A DNA stretch of 64,000 nt, taken from the IMG/VR virus record IMGVR_UViG_3300025424_000009, one strand, 5' to 3'. Position 1 is the stretch's first letter, and each line of letters begins with the position of its first letter. The notes beneath the pieces are model-generated. The model did not search any database and was not told where the DNA came from. It saw only the letters and a list, made by a program, of their open reading frames with translations. The stretch is from a virus. This document shows, piece after piece, positions 28,763 through 37,410 of this stretch. The position numbers and the translations under genes were made by a program.

Positions 28763-29425
28763 ATGAAAGAAACAGATCAAATAGCTAGTAACTTTAAGAA
28801 TAAGTTTTTAAATGAATGTGCATGTGAAGATGTAAAGACAGTACAAGAATCATTTTATACAATAACCAGAGAAGGCAAGTTGTCTGACATATCTAATATC
28901 TCATTAGAAGAGGCTCTTGACAATTTAAATAGTGATACAACTATTATTACGTCCAAAGATTTACAAGACCTATATAAGGCTAAAATGGACACTGTAGGTG
29001 ATTTTACACCAGAGAAAGATCCTCAAGAATTACACATGGTTCAAGGACAACTAGACACTATATGTGAAGATGTAGAATTTATTAAAATGCAAGTGATGGA
29101 AGGTCATAACTGGCCGGCTTGGGCATTTGAGCATTTATCTGTTGCATGTGATAATATTTCAGAAGTAACTCAATTCTTTAAAGCAGAGCCAGACCCTGTA
29201 GAAGATGATAGTGAAGAGTTAGATTTAACAGATATGACAGAAGGTAAACCATCAGCAGGTTTATCTAAGAAACAAAAGTCTGCGATTGTAAAGAAAGCTA
29301 AGAGGGGTGAAGATATAGGTAAAAAAGGTAAGTCGTTTGAGAAAATTGCTAAGAAAGCAGGTGGTGGCGAAAAGGGTGAGAGAATTGCTGCCGGGGTTCT
29401 TTGGAAAAATGCTAAGAGGAAGTAA
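28763..29425 (+). CDS. Protein with acidic N-domain and basic C-domain, putative head protein
   Basis: FLNEC; C-terminal GKPSAGLSKKQKSAIVKKAK...ERIAAGVLWKN. Confidence 0.65.
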   Translation: MKETDQIASNFKNKFLNECACEDVKTVQESFYTITREGKLSDISNISLEEALDNLNSDTTIITSKDLQDLYKAKMDTVGDFTPEKDPQELHMVQGQLDTICEDVEFIKMQVMEGHNWPAWAFEHLSVACDNISEVTQFFKAEPDPVEDDSEELDLTDMTEGKPSAGLSKKQKSAIVKKAKRGEDIGKKGKSFEKIAKKAGGGEKGERIAAGVLWKNAKRK

Positions 29426-29923
29426 ATGATTTCATTCATCAGCTTAATATTAGAATCTTTTGATGTATATACCCTTCCAGAGATGGATAGTAAAGGTATG
29501 CAGTATGAAATAAAAGAAGAAAATAGGGCTAATTTTGAAGTTTCATTTGAAGTAAAGGGTAAGAAATATTTTGTAGAAGCTAAGAAAAATAGAGGTAGTG
29601 TACTAGGAACTCATGCTACCTTGTTTGGGGACTATGGGGATAATGGTGTAAAAAATGTGTCAAAATTGACTAATCAAGGAATACCTTTAGCTGTATGCAC
29701 TAGGGTATTTTCCCTTCTTAAGTATTATTTAGATAAGTATAAAATAGAATCAATAAGTTATTTAACAGCACCAGATCGTACAGATTCAAAAGACCCTACA
29801 AAACAAACTAGAAAAACAATTTATGATCAGTATTTTGAAAAGAATTTTCCAGAGTATGAAAAAGAAGATTCTGTTGATAGTAAAGAACCAGACACCACAG
29901 TAACAGTATGGCATCGAAAATAA
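29426..29923 (+). CDS. Hypothetical protein, putative head cargo
   Basis: N-terminal MISFISLILES. Confidence 0.6.
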   Translation: MISFISLILESFDVYTLPEMDSKGMQYEIKEENRANFEVSFEVKGKKYFVEAKKNRGSVLGTHATLFGDYGDNGVKNVSKLTNQGIPLAVCTRVFSLLKYYLDKYKIESISYLTAPDRTDSKDPTKQTRKTIYDQYFEKNFPEYEKEDSVDSKEPDTTVTVWHRK

Positions 29924-30258
29924 TAGAACAAAATAAAAAGATAGCTGATTTCCTAGGACTCCATTATATACCTTGGAATAGCACTGAGTGTGAATATCCT
30001 GGATGGCATTATAAAGACTTACCATACTATTCCTCTGCTCTTATGCTGTATTGTAGGTATCATAGGGAGTTAAATTTTCATTGTAGTGTAGACAGACAAG
30101 ATATATTTTTTAGGTATTTAGCAAGCAATAATGTAAGCTTCAATATAGCTTTTAATTCAGGAGAGTATACCTTCAGCTATAAAGATAAGAGTTTTACAAG
30201 CAGCCATTTACCTAGTGCTATTTACCAAGCTATTTTAAATGAATTTAATCTATGTTAA
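29908..30258 (+). CDS. Hypothetical protein
   Basis: ORF overlapping both neighbours. Confidence 0.55.
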   Translation: MASKIIEQNKKIADFLGLHYIPWNSTECEYPGWHYKDLPYYSSALMLYCRYHRELNFHCSVDRQDIFFRYLASNNVSFNIAFNSGEYTFSYKDKSFTSSHLPSAIYQAILNEFNLC

Positions 30259-30839
30259 ATAAATTATTAATCGAAGTCAAGGAAGGTACAATCCTATCCG
30301 AAGGGCTTCAATATCACGTCACAAATCAAATACCCTTAAATGAAAACATTTATCGCCCGGACTCTAATAACTTTTATTCTTTATTTCGTGAGGCTCGAAA
30401 ACTTCTTCAAGAAGGTAAAATCGAAAATATTGACCCGTTAGACAGAGAGTTATTAGAGACAGACTTAGGAGAGTTCGGAGAGTATAACGGTATAAGAGTA
30501 CCTTTAGACTATCCATTAACTGAGGAATATCTTTTAAAAGAAGCAGAATATCATGGTAAGAAAGTACAATTAGGAAAGCCTAAAAGAAGCTCAGGACCTA
30601 AGAAGTATATGGTATTTGTTAAAGATCCTAAAACAGGTAATATTAAAAAAGTTAACTTCGGAGATGTAAAAGGAGGCTTATCAGCTAAGATACATGACCC
30701 CAAAGCTAGAAAGGCATTTTCAGATAGAATGAATTGTCCAGCTAAAAAAGATAAAACTACACCAGGGTGGTGGGCGTGCAACCTCCCAAAATACGGGAGG
30801 CTTTTAGGGCTTTCCCAGAACACAAATTCGTACTGGTAA
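30252..30839 (+). CDS. Conserved T4-like basic protein, putative head/DNA-binding
   Basis: EAEYHGKKVQLGKP...KKYMVFVKDPKTGNIKKVNFGD...GWWAC. Confidence 0.65.
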   Translation: MLNKLLIEVKEGTILSEGLQYHVTNQIPLNENIYRPDSNNFYSLFREARKLLQEGKIENIDPLDRELLETDLGEFGEYNGIRVPLDYPLTEEYLLKEAEYHGKKVQLGKPKRSSGPKKYMVFVKDPKTGNIKKVNFGDVKGGLSAKIHDPKARKAFSDRMNCPAKKDKTTPGWWACNLPKYGRLLGLSQNTNSYW

Positions 30840-30902
30840 TAATTCGTCATAAAAATAAAACAAAATAGTCATACTCCCTTGTAGTCTCTGTATTACAAGT
30901 TT

Positions 30903-30926
30903 ACCCCTTCTGGGGGCTTTTTTTTG
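30903..30926 (+). terminator. Rho-independent terminator
   Basis: CCCC-TTCT-GGGG stem followed by a T8 tract. Confidence 0.65.
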
Positions 30927-30954
30927 TTTATATGCTATATTTATAGTATATTTG
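30923..30954 (+). promoter_or_regulatory. Dual promoter: host sigma70 plus nested late motif
   Basis: TTTG (30923-30926), 20-nt spacer, TATATTTG (30947-30954); TATTTATA at 30938-30945. Confidence 0.7.
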
Positions 30955-30958
30955 TAGC

Positions 30959-31222
30959 ATGAATTTACCATTTACAGAAATAAACCATAACGGATACGTT
31001 ACAAGAGGATTTGACGAAAATACCCCTGAAGAGGAGTTCGTTTGGCATCGGGACAGAGAAGATAGAATAGTAGAACCTATACACAAAACTGATTGGAAAC
31101 TTCAACTTGAAGATGAGTTGCCATCCATTATTCAAAATCCGATATTTATTAAAAGGGAACTGTTCCACAGACTTATAAAAGGAACAGGCAATTTACAATT
31201 AAAAATAACTAAACTACACTAA
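30959..31222 (+). CDS. Small cupin-like conserved phage protein
   Basis: VWHRDREDR...WKLQLEDELP...FHRLIKG. Confidence 0.6.
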   Translation: MNLPFTEINHNGYVTRGFDENTPEEEFVWHRDREDRIVEPIHKTDWKLQLEDELPSIIQNPIFIKRELFHRLIKGTGNLQLKITKLH

Positions 31223-31228
31223 AAGCTC

Positions 31229-31909
31229 ATGGGATATCCTTTAATACTTTTACAAGCTTCTAATTCCTATACTCCAACAAGTTTAATCATAGCAGCACTT
31301 ACGAGTGTAATTACAATTGGGGGAGTATTTATAAAAGAAGAAGTAGAAAAACACCTTAGTCGTAAAAAACAAAAACGTGAAGAGGATAAAAAGAACGGTG
31401 AGATAGATAAGTCGTTACAACATAATAACAGCATCCAAAATAAAATAAAAGAAGTTTTAATTCAACTACAAGGTTATACTGAATGTTCCAGAGCATGTCT
31501 ATATGCCTACCACAACGGAACTAAAACTCATTTTGGATTTTCAATGAATTTTGTTTCAATGATTGAAGAAAAAACAGATGGTATTGTAGCTCCTCTATTA
31601 GATATATTCCAGAATATTCCAGCAGGGTATTACAGAACTATCCTAGACAAGGTAGATAAATCGCCTAATGGGTATGCTATTATAGACACTGATAATCTAG
31701 ATGGTGACGATTTAAAGATGATGGAAAGGTACCAAATAGCCATGTCGTATGACTTTAAAGTAGGTGCTACGGTTTATGAAGGTGTTGTAAGTCTCGTATG
31801 GGTTAATAAAAAGCACATACTATCTGAAACTGAAATTAATCATATCAAAGAACTTGTAGATCAAATATATGATTTGCAAAAATCTATAGTTAAATTACCT
31901 AAAATCTAA
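31229..31909 (+). CDS. T4 T-like holin candidate (single TM plus GAF-like domain)
   Basis: TM LIIAALTSVITIGGVFI followed by SRACLYAYHNG...FVSMIEE...FQNIP. Confidence 0.5.
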   Translation: MGYPLILLQASNSYTPTSLIIAALTSVITIGGVFIKEEVEKHLSRKKQKREEDKKNGEIDKSLQHNNSIQNKIKEVLIQLQGYTECSRACLYAYHNGTKTHFGFSMNFVSMIEEKTDGIVAPLLDIFQNIPAGYYRTILDKVDKSPNGYAIIDTDNLDGDDLKMMERYQIAMSYDFKVGATVYEGVVSLVWVNKKHILSETEINHIKELVDQIYDLQKSIVKLPKI

Positions 31910-31914
31910 ATAAA

Positions 31915-32448
31915 TTGCCAGATTTTGTATTTGAAAATTTCCGTAAGTATATAGCGGAAGCCGAAATAGCATCACAAGAAGCAGAACAATCTGATATGGA
32001 CAAAGTCCTTTTAAGATATCCTAAACTTCGTTATACCTTGATTAAAGTTCTTACGTCTCAAAAAGACCCAGGACCAATTGCAGACAAAGAGATAAAGGAT
32101 ATAGTTACAGATATAAAAGCAATCTGCTATAGACCTACTACATTTAAGATTGTATTTAAGAATTCAAATTATATGGATTTAAAATACGACCCTACACCAA
32201 GTATGGTTAAGAATCCTCAAGAGTATACTCCATCTGATTATTTCAGAGTGACAGTATTAGGAAAAGATTATGATTTAGGTTTAAACTCAGATTACGAGCA
32301 AGCTCTAGATCAAATAGCAATTGCAATGAGCCATAACCCTATTGATACAAAAAATCCAGATTTACAAGACCAAGCTACAGAAAATGGCGAGGCACCTGAA
32401 GAACCACAAGGACCTAAACCTAAAGAAGAACCTGAACCAGAAAGCTAA
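31915..32448 (+). CDS. Hypothetical protein, putative head cargo
   Basis: TTG start; N-terminal FENFRKYIAEAE. Confidence 0.6.
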   Translation: MPDFVFENFRKYIAEAEIASQEAEQSDMDKVLLRYPKLRYTLIKVLTSQKDPGPIADKEIKDIVTDIKAICYRPTTFKIVFKNSNYMDLKYDPTPSMVKNPQEYTPSDYFRVTVLGKDYDLGLNSDYEQALDQIAIAMSHNPIDTKNPDLQDQATENGEAPEEPQGPKPKEEPEPES

Positions 32449-33242
32449 TGAAAGATTTATACGGACAATTATTACTAAGCCTATTAGAAGTCACAGAGTA
32501 TAAAATAGAATTAAAGAATGGAAAGACTATGACTAAAGTTCTATCTGATTCTGATTATAGAAATATCAAAAATTCTATAGGTACTCCAAAGGGTATAGTT
32601 AAATCAATAACTCCTGTAGGTAAAGTAGAGTATTTTGATGACGAAGGGGAATTTGAAAAAAAAGAAAAGGCTTTAATAAAAGATCGTGAGAAAAAAGTTG
32701 AAGATTATTATAAAAAATTTGACCCTAATTTTAAATTAAATTCTTCAGCAGAGGAGGAGTATGAAAAGCTATATCCAGGAGATGGTAGTGTAAATAAACA
32801 TCTACTAAACAATTATAAAATAACACCATATGAATTAGATTTTTGTATAATAGCAGAGTTAAAAAATATTATAAAATATAAAAATCAAAATATAAATTTA
32901 TCTCAGATTAGGTGCATAACTAACGACAAAGATTATAAAATAAACGAAGTACCAAAAGAATTACAAGATAGAGGTGTTAAAATTTACCCATCTGAATTTA
33001 GCTCTATTATAGAATACATTAAAAAGATTAGACATGACCTTGAAGTTATTTTAAAGGTAAATAGTGTTTTTGATAAATGTATAATTGCAGGAGCAAAAGA
33101 AGGTATACCAAAACCTTTAAATATAGATAAAAAAGATGTTCAAACATATTTAAGATATTATGAAATGAAAGATGTAAATACAATTGGTAAAGAACCTTTA
33201 TATAACTTTTTCTTAGATTATTTAAAATCAAACTTAAAATAA
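32448..33242 (+). CDS. Hypothetical protein, putative head cargo
   Basis: N-terminal MKDLYGQLLLSLLE. Confidence 0.6.
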   Translation: MKDLYGQLLLSLLEVTEYKIELKNGKTMTKVLSDSDYRNIKNSIGTPKGIVKSITPVGKVEYFDDEGEFEKKEKALIKDREKKVEDYYKKFDPNFKLNSSAEEEYEKLYPGDGSVNKHLLNNYKITPYELDFCIIAELKNIIKYKNQNINLSQIRCITNDKDYKINEVPKELQDRGVKIYPSEFSSIIEYIKKIRHDLEVILKVNSVFDKCIIAGAKEGIPKPLNIDKKDVQTYLRYYEMKDVNTIGKEPLYNFFLDYLKSNLK

Positions 33243-33745
33243 TGGACTTATTTAAAAAAGTATTACGTAGTGTAATATTAAAAGAAGATCAATCTTTAGA
33301 TCACCAGAAGCATCTAGAAAAAACAAAAGAAGTAACATCAGGCTCTACTACACCAGATGCAAAAGTAATGGATTCAAAATCTATTCCTATAGAACTTAAG
33401 AAATGGGTTTCAGAAGTGTCATCAGGTAAACGCCCTAGCAAATATAACATTATGACTGATATAACTTCAGTTAAATATGATGATTATTTAAACTCTCTTA
33501 CAAAAGAGATTTCTCAATTTTTCACTTTTAATGTAGATGCTAATGGCAATATGATTGGAGTAAAAAAGATAGGAGATGAGGTTGAAAGAGATGGTAGTCA
33601 AATACAATATACAGGTAATCAGCAAACATCAGGCAGCCAACATACAGGAGGTAGAGCACCTATACCTAAAAACTCTTTTTTAGCCGTTGTTCAAATATAT
33701 CAAGGTAAGTATGTATCAGTGTACATTTACGCAAATATGACATAA
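33242..33745 (+). CDS. Hypothetical protein, putative head cargo
   Basis: N-terminal MDLFKKVLRSVILKE. Confidence 0.6.
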   Translation: MDLFKKVLRSVILKEDQSLDHQKHLEKTKEVTSGSTTPDAKVMDSKSIPIELKKWVSEVSSGKRPSKYNIMTDITSVKYDDYLNSLTKEISQFFTFNVDANGNMIGVKKIGDEVERDGSQIQYTGNQQTSGSQHTGGRAPIPKNSFLAVVQIYQGKYVSVYIYANMT

Positions 33746-33747
33746 CC

Positions 33748-34152
33748 ATGACCCCTTCCCAACTCCAATCACTTAAACAACATATAAAAGGACTTGTCCT
33801 ATATTTTAAAGAACAGGGATTTGATTTAAAACCTTATCCTAAAATTACGTTTTCAAAAGATAATAACTCTGATGACATCCTAGATAAAACAGGATATTAC
33901 AATCCAGACGAAAACGCTGTTGTTATATATATTAATGGTAGATCACCTAAAGATTGTTTAAGAACCTGTTCACACGAGTTTATACATGTACTGCAAGGCC
34001 ACAGAGGAGATTTAGACCAAGATAAGATAGGCCCTGTTTCAGATGATTACACACAAGGTTCAGAGCACCTAAAGGAAATGGAAGATGAGGCCTACCTATT
34101 AGGTAATACATTAATGAGAGGGTATACTGAGAAGCTAAAATCTTCTCTATAA
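33748..34152 (+). CDS. Zincin-type metallopeptidase
   Basis: TGYYNP...LRTCSHEFIHVLQ (HExxH)...MEDEAY. Confidence 0.75.
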   Translation: MTPSQLQSLKQHIKGLVLYFKEQGFDLKPYPKITFSKDNNSDDILDKTGYYNPDENAVVIYINGRSPKDCLRTCSHEFIHVLQGHRGDLDQDKIGPVSDDYTQGSEHLKEMEDEAYLLGNTLMRGYTEKLKSSL

Positions 34153-34159
34153 TTTTCAC

Positions 34160-34193
34160 TATAATTTTCGTGATATTTATTATTATAGGGGTA
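34160..34193 (+). repeat. Copy 1 of a dispersed 33-34 bp promoter element
   Basis: TATAATTTTCGTGATATTTATTATTATAGGGGTA; differs from 46701-46733 by one base. Confidence 0.85.
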
Positions 34194-34216
34194 ACCTAAA
34201 ATTAAATAGATATTAC

Positions 34217-34846
34217 ATGGATTTCATTAAGAAAAATTTTATAAGTGTTGTAGTTTTAATATTACTAGTATTAATTTTATTACAACGTTGTGGTGACCAT
34301 AAGGTTGAAAGTACTAAACCTACCATAACAGTTATTAGAGATACTCAATGGTATACCCATAGGGACACAATACCGATTTCATCTCCAATTCCTATAAAAA
34401 CCATTCCTTATATCCTCAAAACTAAGGATACCTTTTTCATTCCAGATACAAATTACGTAAAGCTCAGAAGTCAATTTGACTCTCTTAGAGATATGTTTTT
34501 AGCTGAGAATATATACAAGCAATCTATCAAGCAAGATAGCTCATCTGTAGATGTGACAGATACTGTATTCAAGAACAGAATACTAGGTTCTAAATACATC
34601 TTTAACCTTAAGTACCCTATCATAAAAGATTGTACCATAGTAAAAGAGCCTTACAAGCCTGTAAATCAATTGTATATAGGAGGTGCAATAGGGGGAGGTA
34701 AATTAAACTTAGTTAATTCTGTAGAGACAGGACTTATTTATAAAACAAAATCAGATAAACTATTCCAAGGAAAGGTTAACATAGACCTCAACGGAAACGT
34801 GACTTATGGGGTAGGTACATATTGGAAATTATCTTTGAAGAAATAG
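34217..34846 (+). CDS. Spanin-like membrane/lipoprotein candidate
   Basis: Basic N-terminus, hydrophobic helix ending LLQRC, then a helical region and a C-terminal Gly/aromatic beta-strand region. Confidence 0.45.
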   Translation: MDFIKKNFISVVVLILLVLILLQRCGDHKVESTKPTITVIRDTQWYTHRDTIPISSPIPIKTIPYILKTKDTFFIPDTNYVKLRSQFDSLRDMFLAENIYKQSIKQDSSSVDVTDTVFKNRILGSKYIFNLKYPIIKDCTIVKEPYKPVNQLYIGGAIGGGKLNLVNSVETGLIYKTKSDKLFQGKVNIDLNGNVTYGVGTYWKLSLKK

Positions 34847-35617
34847 ATGGTAAAAGGGTTAGATAATCAGTCAGAGTTTAAAAAATGTTCTAAATCATTT
34901 GAATATTTCCTACTTAATCACTGGAGGGTAATGACTTATTGTCACAGAATAGAGACTATCACCCCAAATAGGTACCAAATTCACATAGCAAGGCTTATAT
35001 CTCAAGTAAAAGAGATACTTATAAATACAGCCAGACAAATGGGGATAACAACAATTCTAGTTGCCTACTCAGCTTGGCTGATAACATTTAAACCTAATCA
35101 GATTATTGTCGTAACCAGTATTTCAGATACAGTAGCAAAAGAGTTTTTAGATAAATTTCTATATTCGTATGGTAAATTACCAGTATATGATTTTATAGAA
35201 CAACAAAAGCCCTTCTTTATAAGGTTTAAAAATGGTTCAGAGTTACATATAATAAGCCCTACTGCAAATGTACCCAATAATATTAAACTGGCAATTATAG
35301 ATAATGCAGACTTCATATCTAATTTACTAAATATCCAAGAAAAGATGTTAAATAATCTTAATGAAGATGGGTGTCTTATTACTGCATCTACTATATTTCA
35401 TGATTCTGAATTTTTAAAACAATGTGTAGATGCTAGAGATAATTATTCAGATGCAGAATATATAGAAATAAAAAGTGACATAACACAACGCAAAACAGGA
35501 AGATGGTTTGAAAAGAAAGTGATAAAAAATGGAAAATTAAAAGCAAAGGTAGAAACCTCTCCTCAATATTATATTGAAAATAATGAATTAAAACACATAA
35601 ACAATTACGAGGATTAA
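34847..35617 (+). CDS. Truncated, degenerate paralogue of the large-terminase ATPase domain
   Basis: Collinear with 35751..37391 (SEFKKC/SEYKKC, ARQMGITT/SRQLGITT, AKEFLDKF/AKAVMDKF, IIDNADF/IYDEFAF); no nuclease domain. Confidence 0.8.
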   Translation: MVKGLDNQSEFKKCSKSFEYFLLNHWRVMTYCHRIETITPNRYQIHIARLISQVKEILINTARQMGITTILVAYSAWLITFKPNQIIVVTSISDTVAKEFLDKFLYSYGKLPVYDFIEQQKPFFIRFKNGSELHIISPTANVPNNIKLAIIDNADFISNLLNIQEKMLNNLNEDGCLITASTIFHDSEFLKQCVDARDNYSDAEYIEIKSDITQRKTGRWFEKKVIKNGKLKAKVETSPQYYIENNELKHINNYED

Positions 35618-35767
35618 GTGGGAAGACTAAAGATATACAAAACAGAGGAAGAAGCTAAAAATGCTAAGAACGCAGCTACTAAAAGGTGGTACGAGCGTAA
35701 CAAAGAAGAAGTAGATAAAAAGGCACGAGAAAAATACCATAAAAGCAAAAATGGCAAAGGCAACTAG
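35618..35767 (+). CDS. 49-aa basic protein (missing from the ORF track)
   Basis: GTG start right after the upstream stop; GRLKIYKTEEEAK...RWYERNKEEVDKKAREKYHK; overlaps the terminase start. Confidence 0.6.
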   Translation: MGRLKIYKTEEEAKNAKNAATKRWYERNKEEVDKKAREKYHKSKNGKGN

Positions 35768-37391
35768 AAAAGTAAATACACCAGTGACGGAGACTCCCTC
35801 AGCAAGACCTGTCAACCTGAAGGAGATAGCTTTATCAGAGTATAAAAAATGTTTAGAATCCCCTGAATATTTCATACTTACCTATGTATGGATACAAACT
35901 ACAGTCGGGGGTAGAAGTAAATTCAAGCTGTATCCTTTCCAAAGAAAGCTTCTTTACTTATTACACACCCGTGATAGGATTATTGTATTAAAGAGTCGGC
36001 AGCTAGGTATTACTACTTTATGTGCTGCATATGCATTATGGTTATTCTTGTTTAAAAATGACTCCTCTATACTATGTATGGCTCCCACTACCAATACGGC
36101 CAAGGCTGTAATGGATAAGTTTAAGTTTGCATATACAGAATTACCTAAATGGATGATTGAACTTTCTAACTCTGCCACCCAAGAAGAGAATCAAAAGAAG
36201 GTGGTAGGATTAAATGGCTCTAAGATTGAGGTTATATCTGGAGCAAAAAATTCACCAAGAGGTAAAACGGCATCTTTTCTTATCTATGATGAGTTTGCAT
36301 TCGTAGAGGATGATTTAGAAAGCTACGCTGCTGCCCAACAAACATTAGCTACAGGGGGAAAGTGTATAGTCCTTTCGACTCCTTTTGGATCCGAGAACAA
36401 GTTCGCTGATTTGTACTCCGAAGCAGAGCTAGGTAATAATGAATATCTTCCAATTAAATTAGATTGGACAGTACACCCTGACAGAGACCAAGCTTGGAGA
36501 GATGCACAAGAAAAAGAATTAGGTAAAAGACTTGCAAGTCAAGAGTGTGATGGGCTTTTGATTTCATCTGGTAATACATATTTTGAATCGGAAGACTTAG
36601 ATTGGGTAAAAGATAACTTAGAAGACCCTATACAATATAGAGAAAGAGATAACTCTTTTTGGATATGGAAATTTCCAGAAGAGGTAGTCAACTGTGCTGT
36701 TATTGTAGATACGGCTAGGGGTGATGGATTAGACTTTTCAACACTACAAGTAATAGACCTTCTTACAGGAGAGCAAGTAGCCGAATACATGGGAGATAGG
36801 GGACCTAAAGAACTGGCTCAATTTGCAGTATCAATATGTATAGAATATAACAGTGCCTTACTTATAGTGGAAAACACAGGTATAGGTAATACTACTTGCA
36901 GTTACGTAACTGATTTAGGTTATAAAAATGTATACAAGTCTTTAAAAGGTGATACAACTAATGTTAGCCAGTATTTGAATAAATACCAAGATGATGATAA
37001 GATGACTCCTGGATTTACTACATCTACAACTACAAGATTACCTATGCTTGATTCATTAAGGGTAGCAGTTGAAGAAAAAGCTATAAAGATAAGGTCAAAA
37101 AGACTTTACACTCAAATGAGATCTTTTATCTGGAAAGGCCCTAAACCAACAGCTAAATCAGGTTCTAATGATGACTTACTTATTCCACTTGCAATAGGTA
37201 CATACCTAAGAGGTACAGCACTCATCTATGCAGCTAACAGTGAAGAAATGCAAAGAGCATGTCTAGGAGGTATCAGAATGGTAACCCCCAAACCTGTTTA
37301 CAGTAATAGAAATATACAAAATACTCATTATATGATGCCTAATCCCGTAACAGGAGAGATGGAAGATTACAGTTGGGTATTAAATAGTTAA
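35751..37391 (+). CDS. Large terminase subunit (gp17-like)
   Basis: YPFQ, KSRQLGITT, LIYDEFAF, VLSTP ATPase motifs; IVDTARGDGLDFS and NDDLL nuclease motifs. Confidence 0.93.
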   Translation: MAKATRKVNTPVTETPSARPVNLKEIALSEYKKCLESPEYFILTYVWIQTTVGGRSKFKLYPFQRKLLYLLHTRDRIIVLKSRQLGITTLCAAYALWLFLFKNDSSILCMAPTTNTAKAVMDKFKFAYTELPKWMIELSNSATQEENQKKVVGLNGSKIEVISGAKNSPRGKTASFLIYDEFAFVEDDLESYAAAQQTLATGGKCIVLSTPFGSENKFADLYSEAELGNNEYLPIKLDWTVHPDRDQAWRDAQEKELGKRLASQECDGLLISSGNTYFESEDLDWVKDNLEDPIQYRERDNSFWIWKFPEEVVNCAVIVDTARGDGLDFSTLQVIDLLTGEQVAEYMGDRGPKELAQFAVSICIEYNSALLIVENTGIGNTTCSYVTDLGYKNVYKSLKGDTTNVSQYLNKYQDDDKMTPGFTTSTTTRLPMLDSLRVAVEEKAIKIRSKRLYTQMRSFIWKGPKPTAKSGSNDDLLIPLAIGTYLRGTALIYAANSEEMQRACLGGIRMVTPKPVYSNRNIQNTHYMMPNPVTGEMEDYSWVLNS

Positions 37392-37410
37392 TCACATTAT
37401 ATTTATAATC

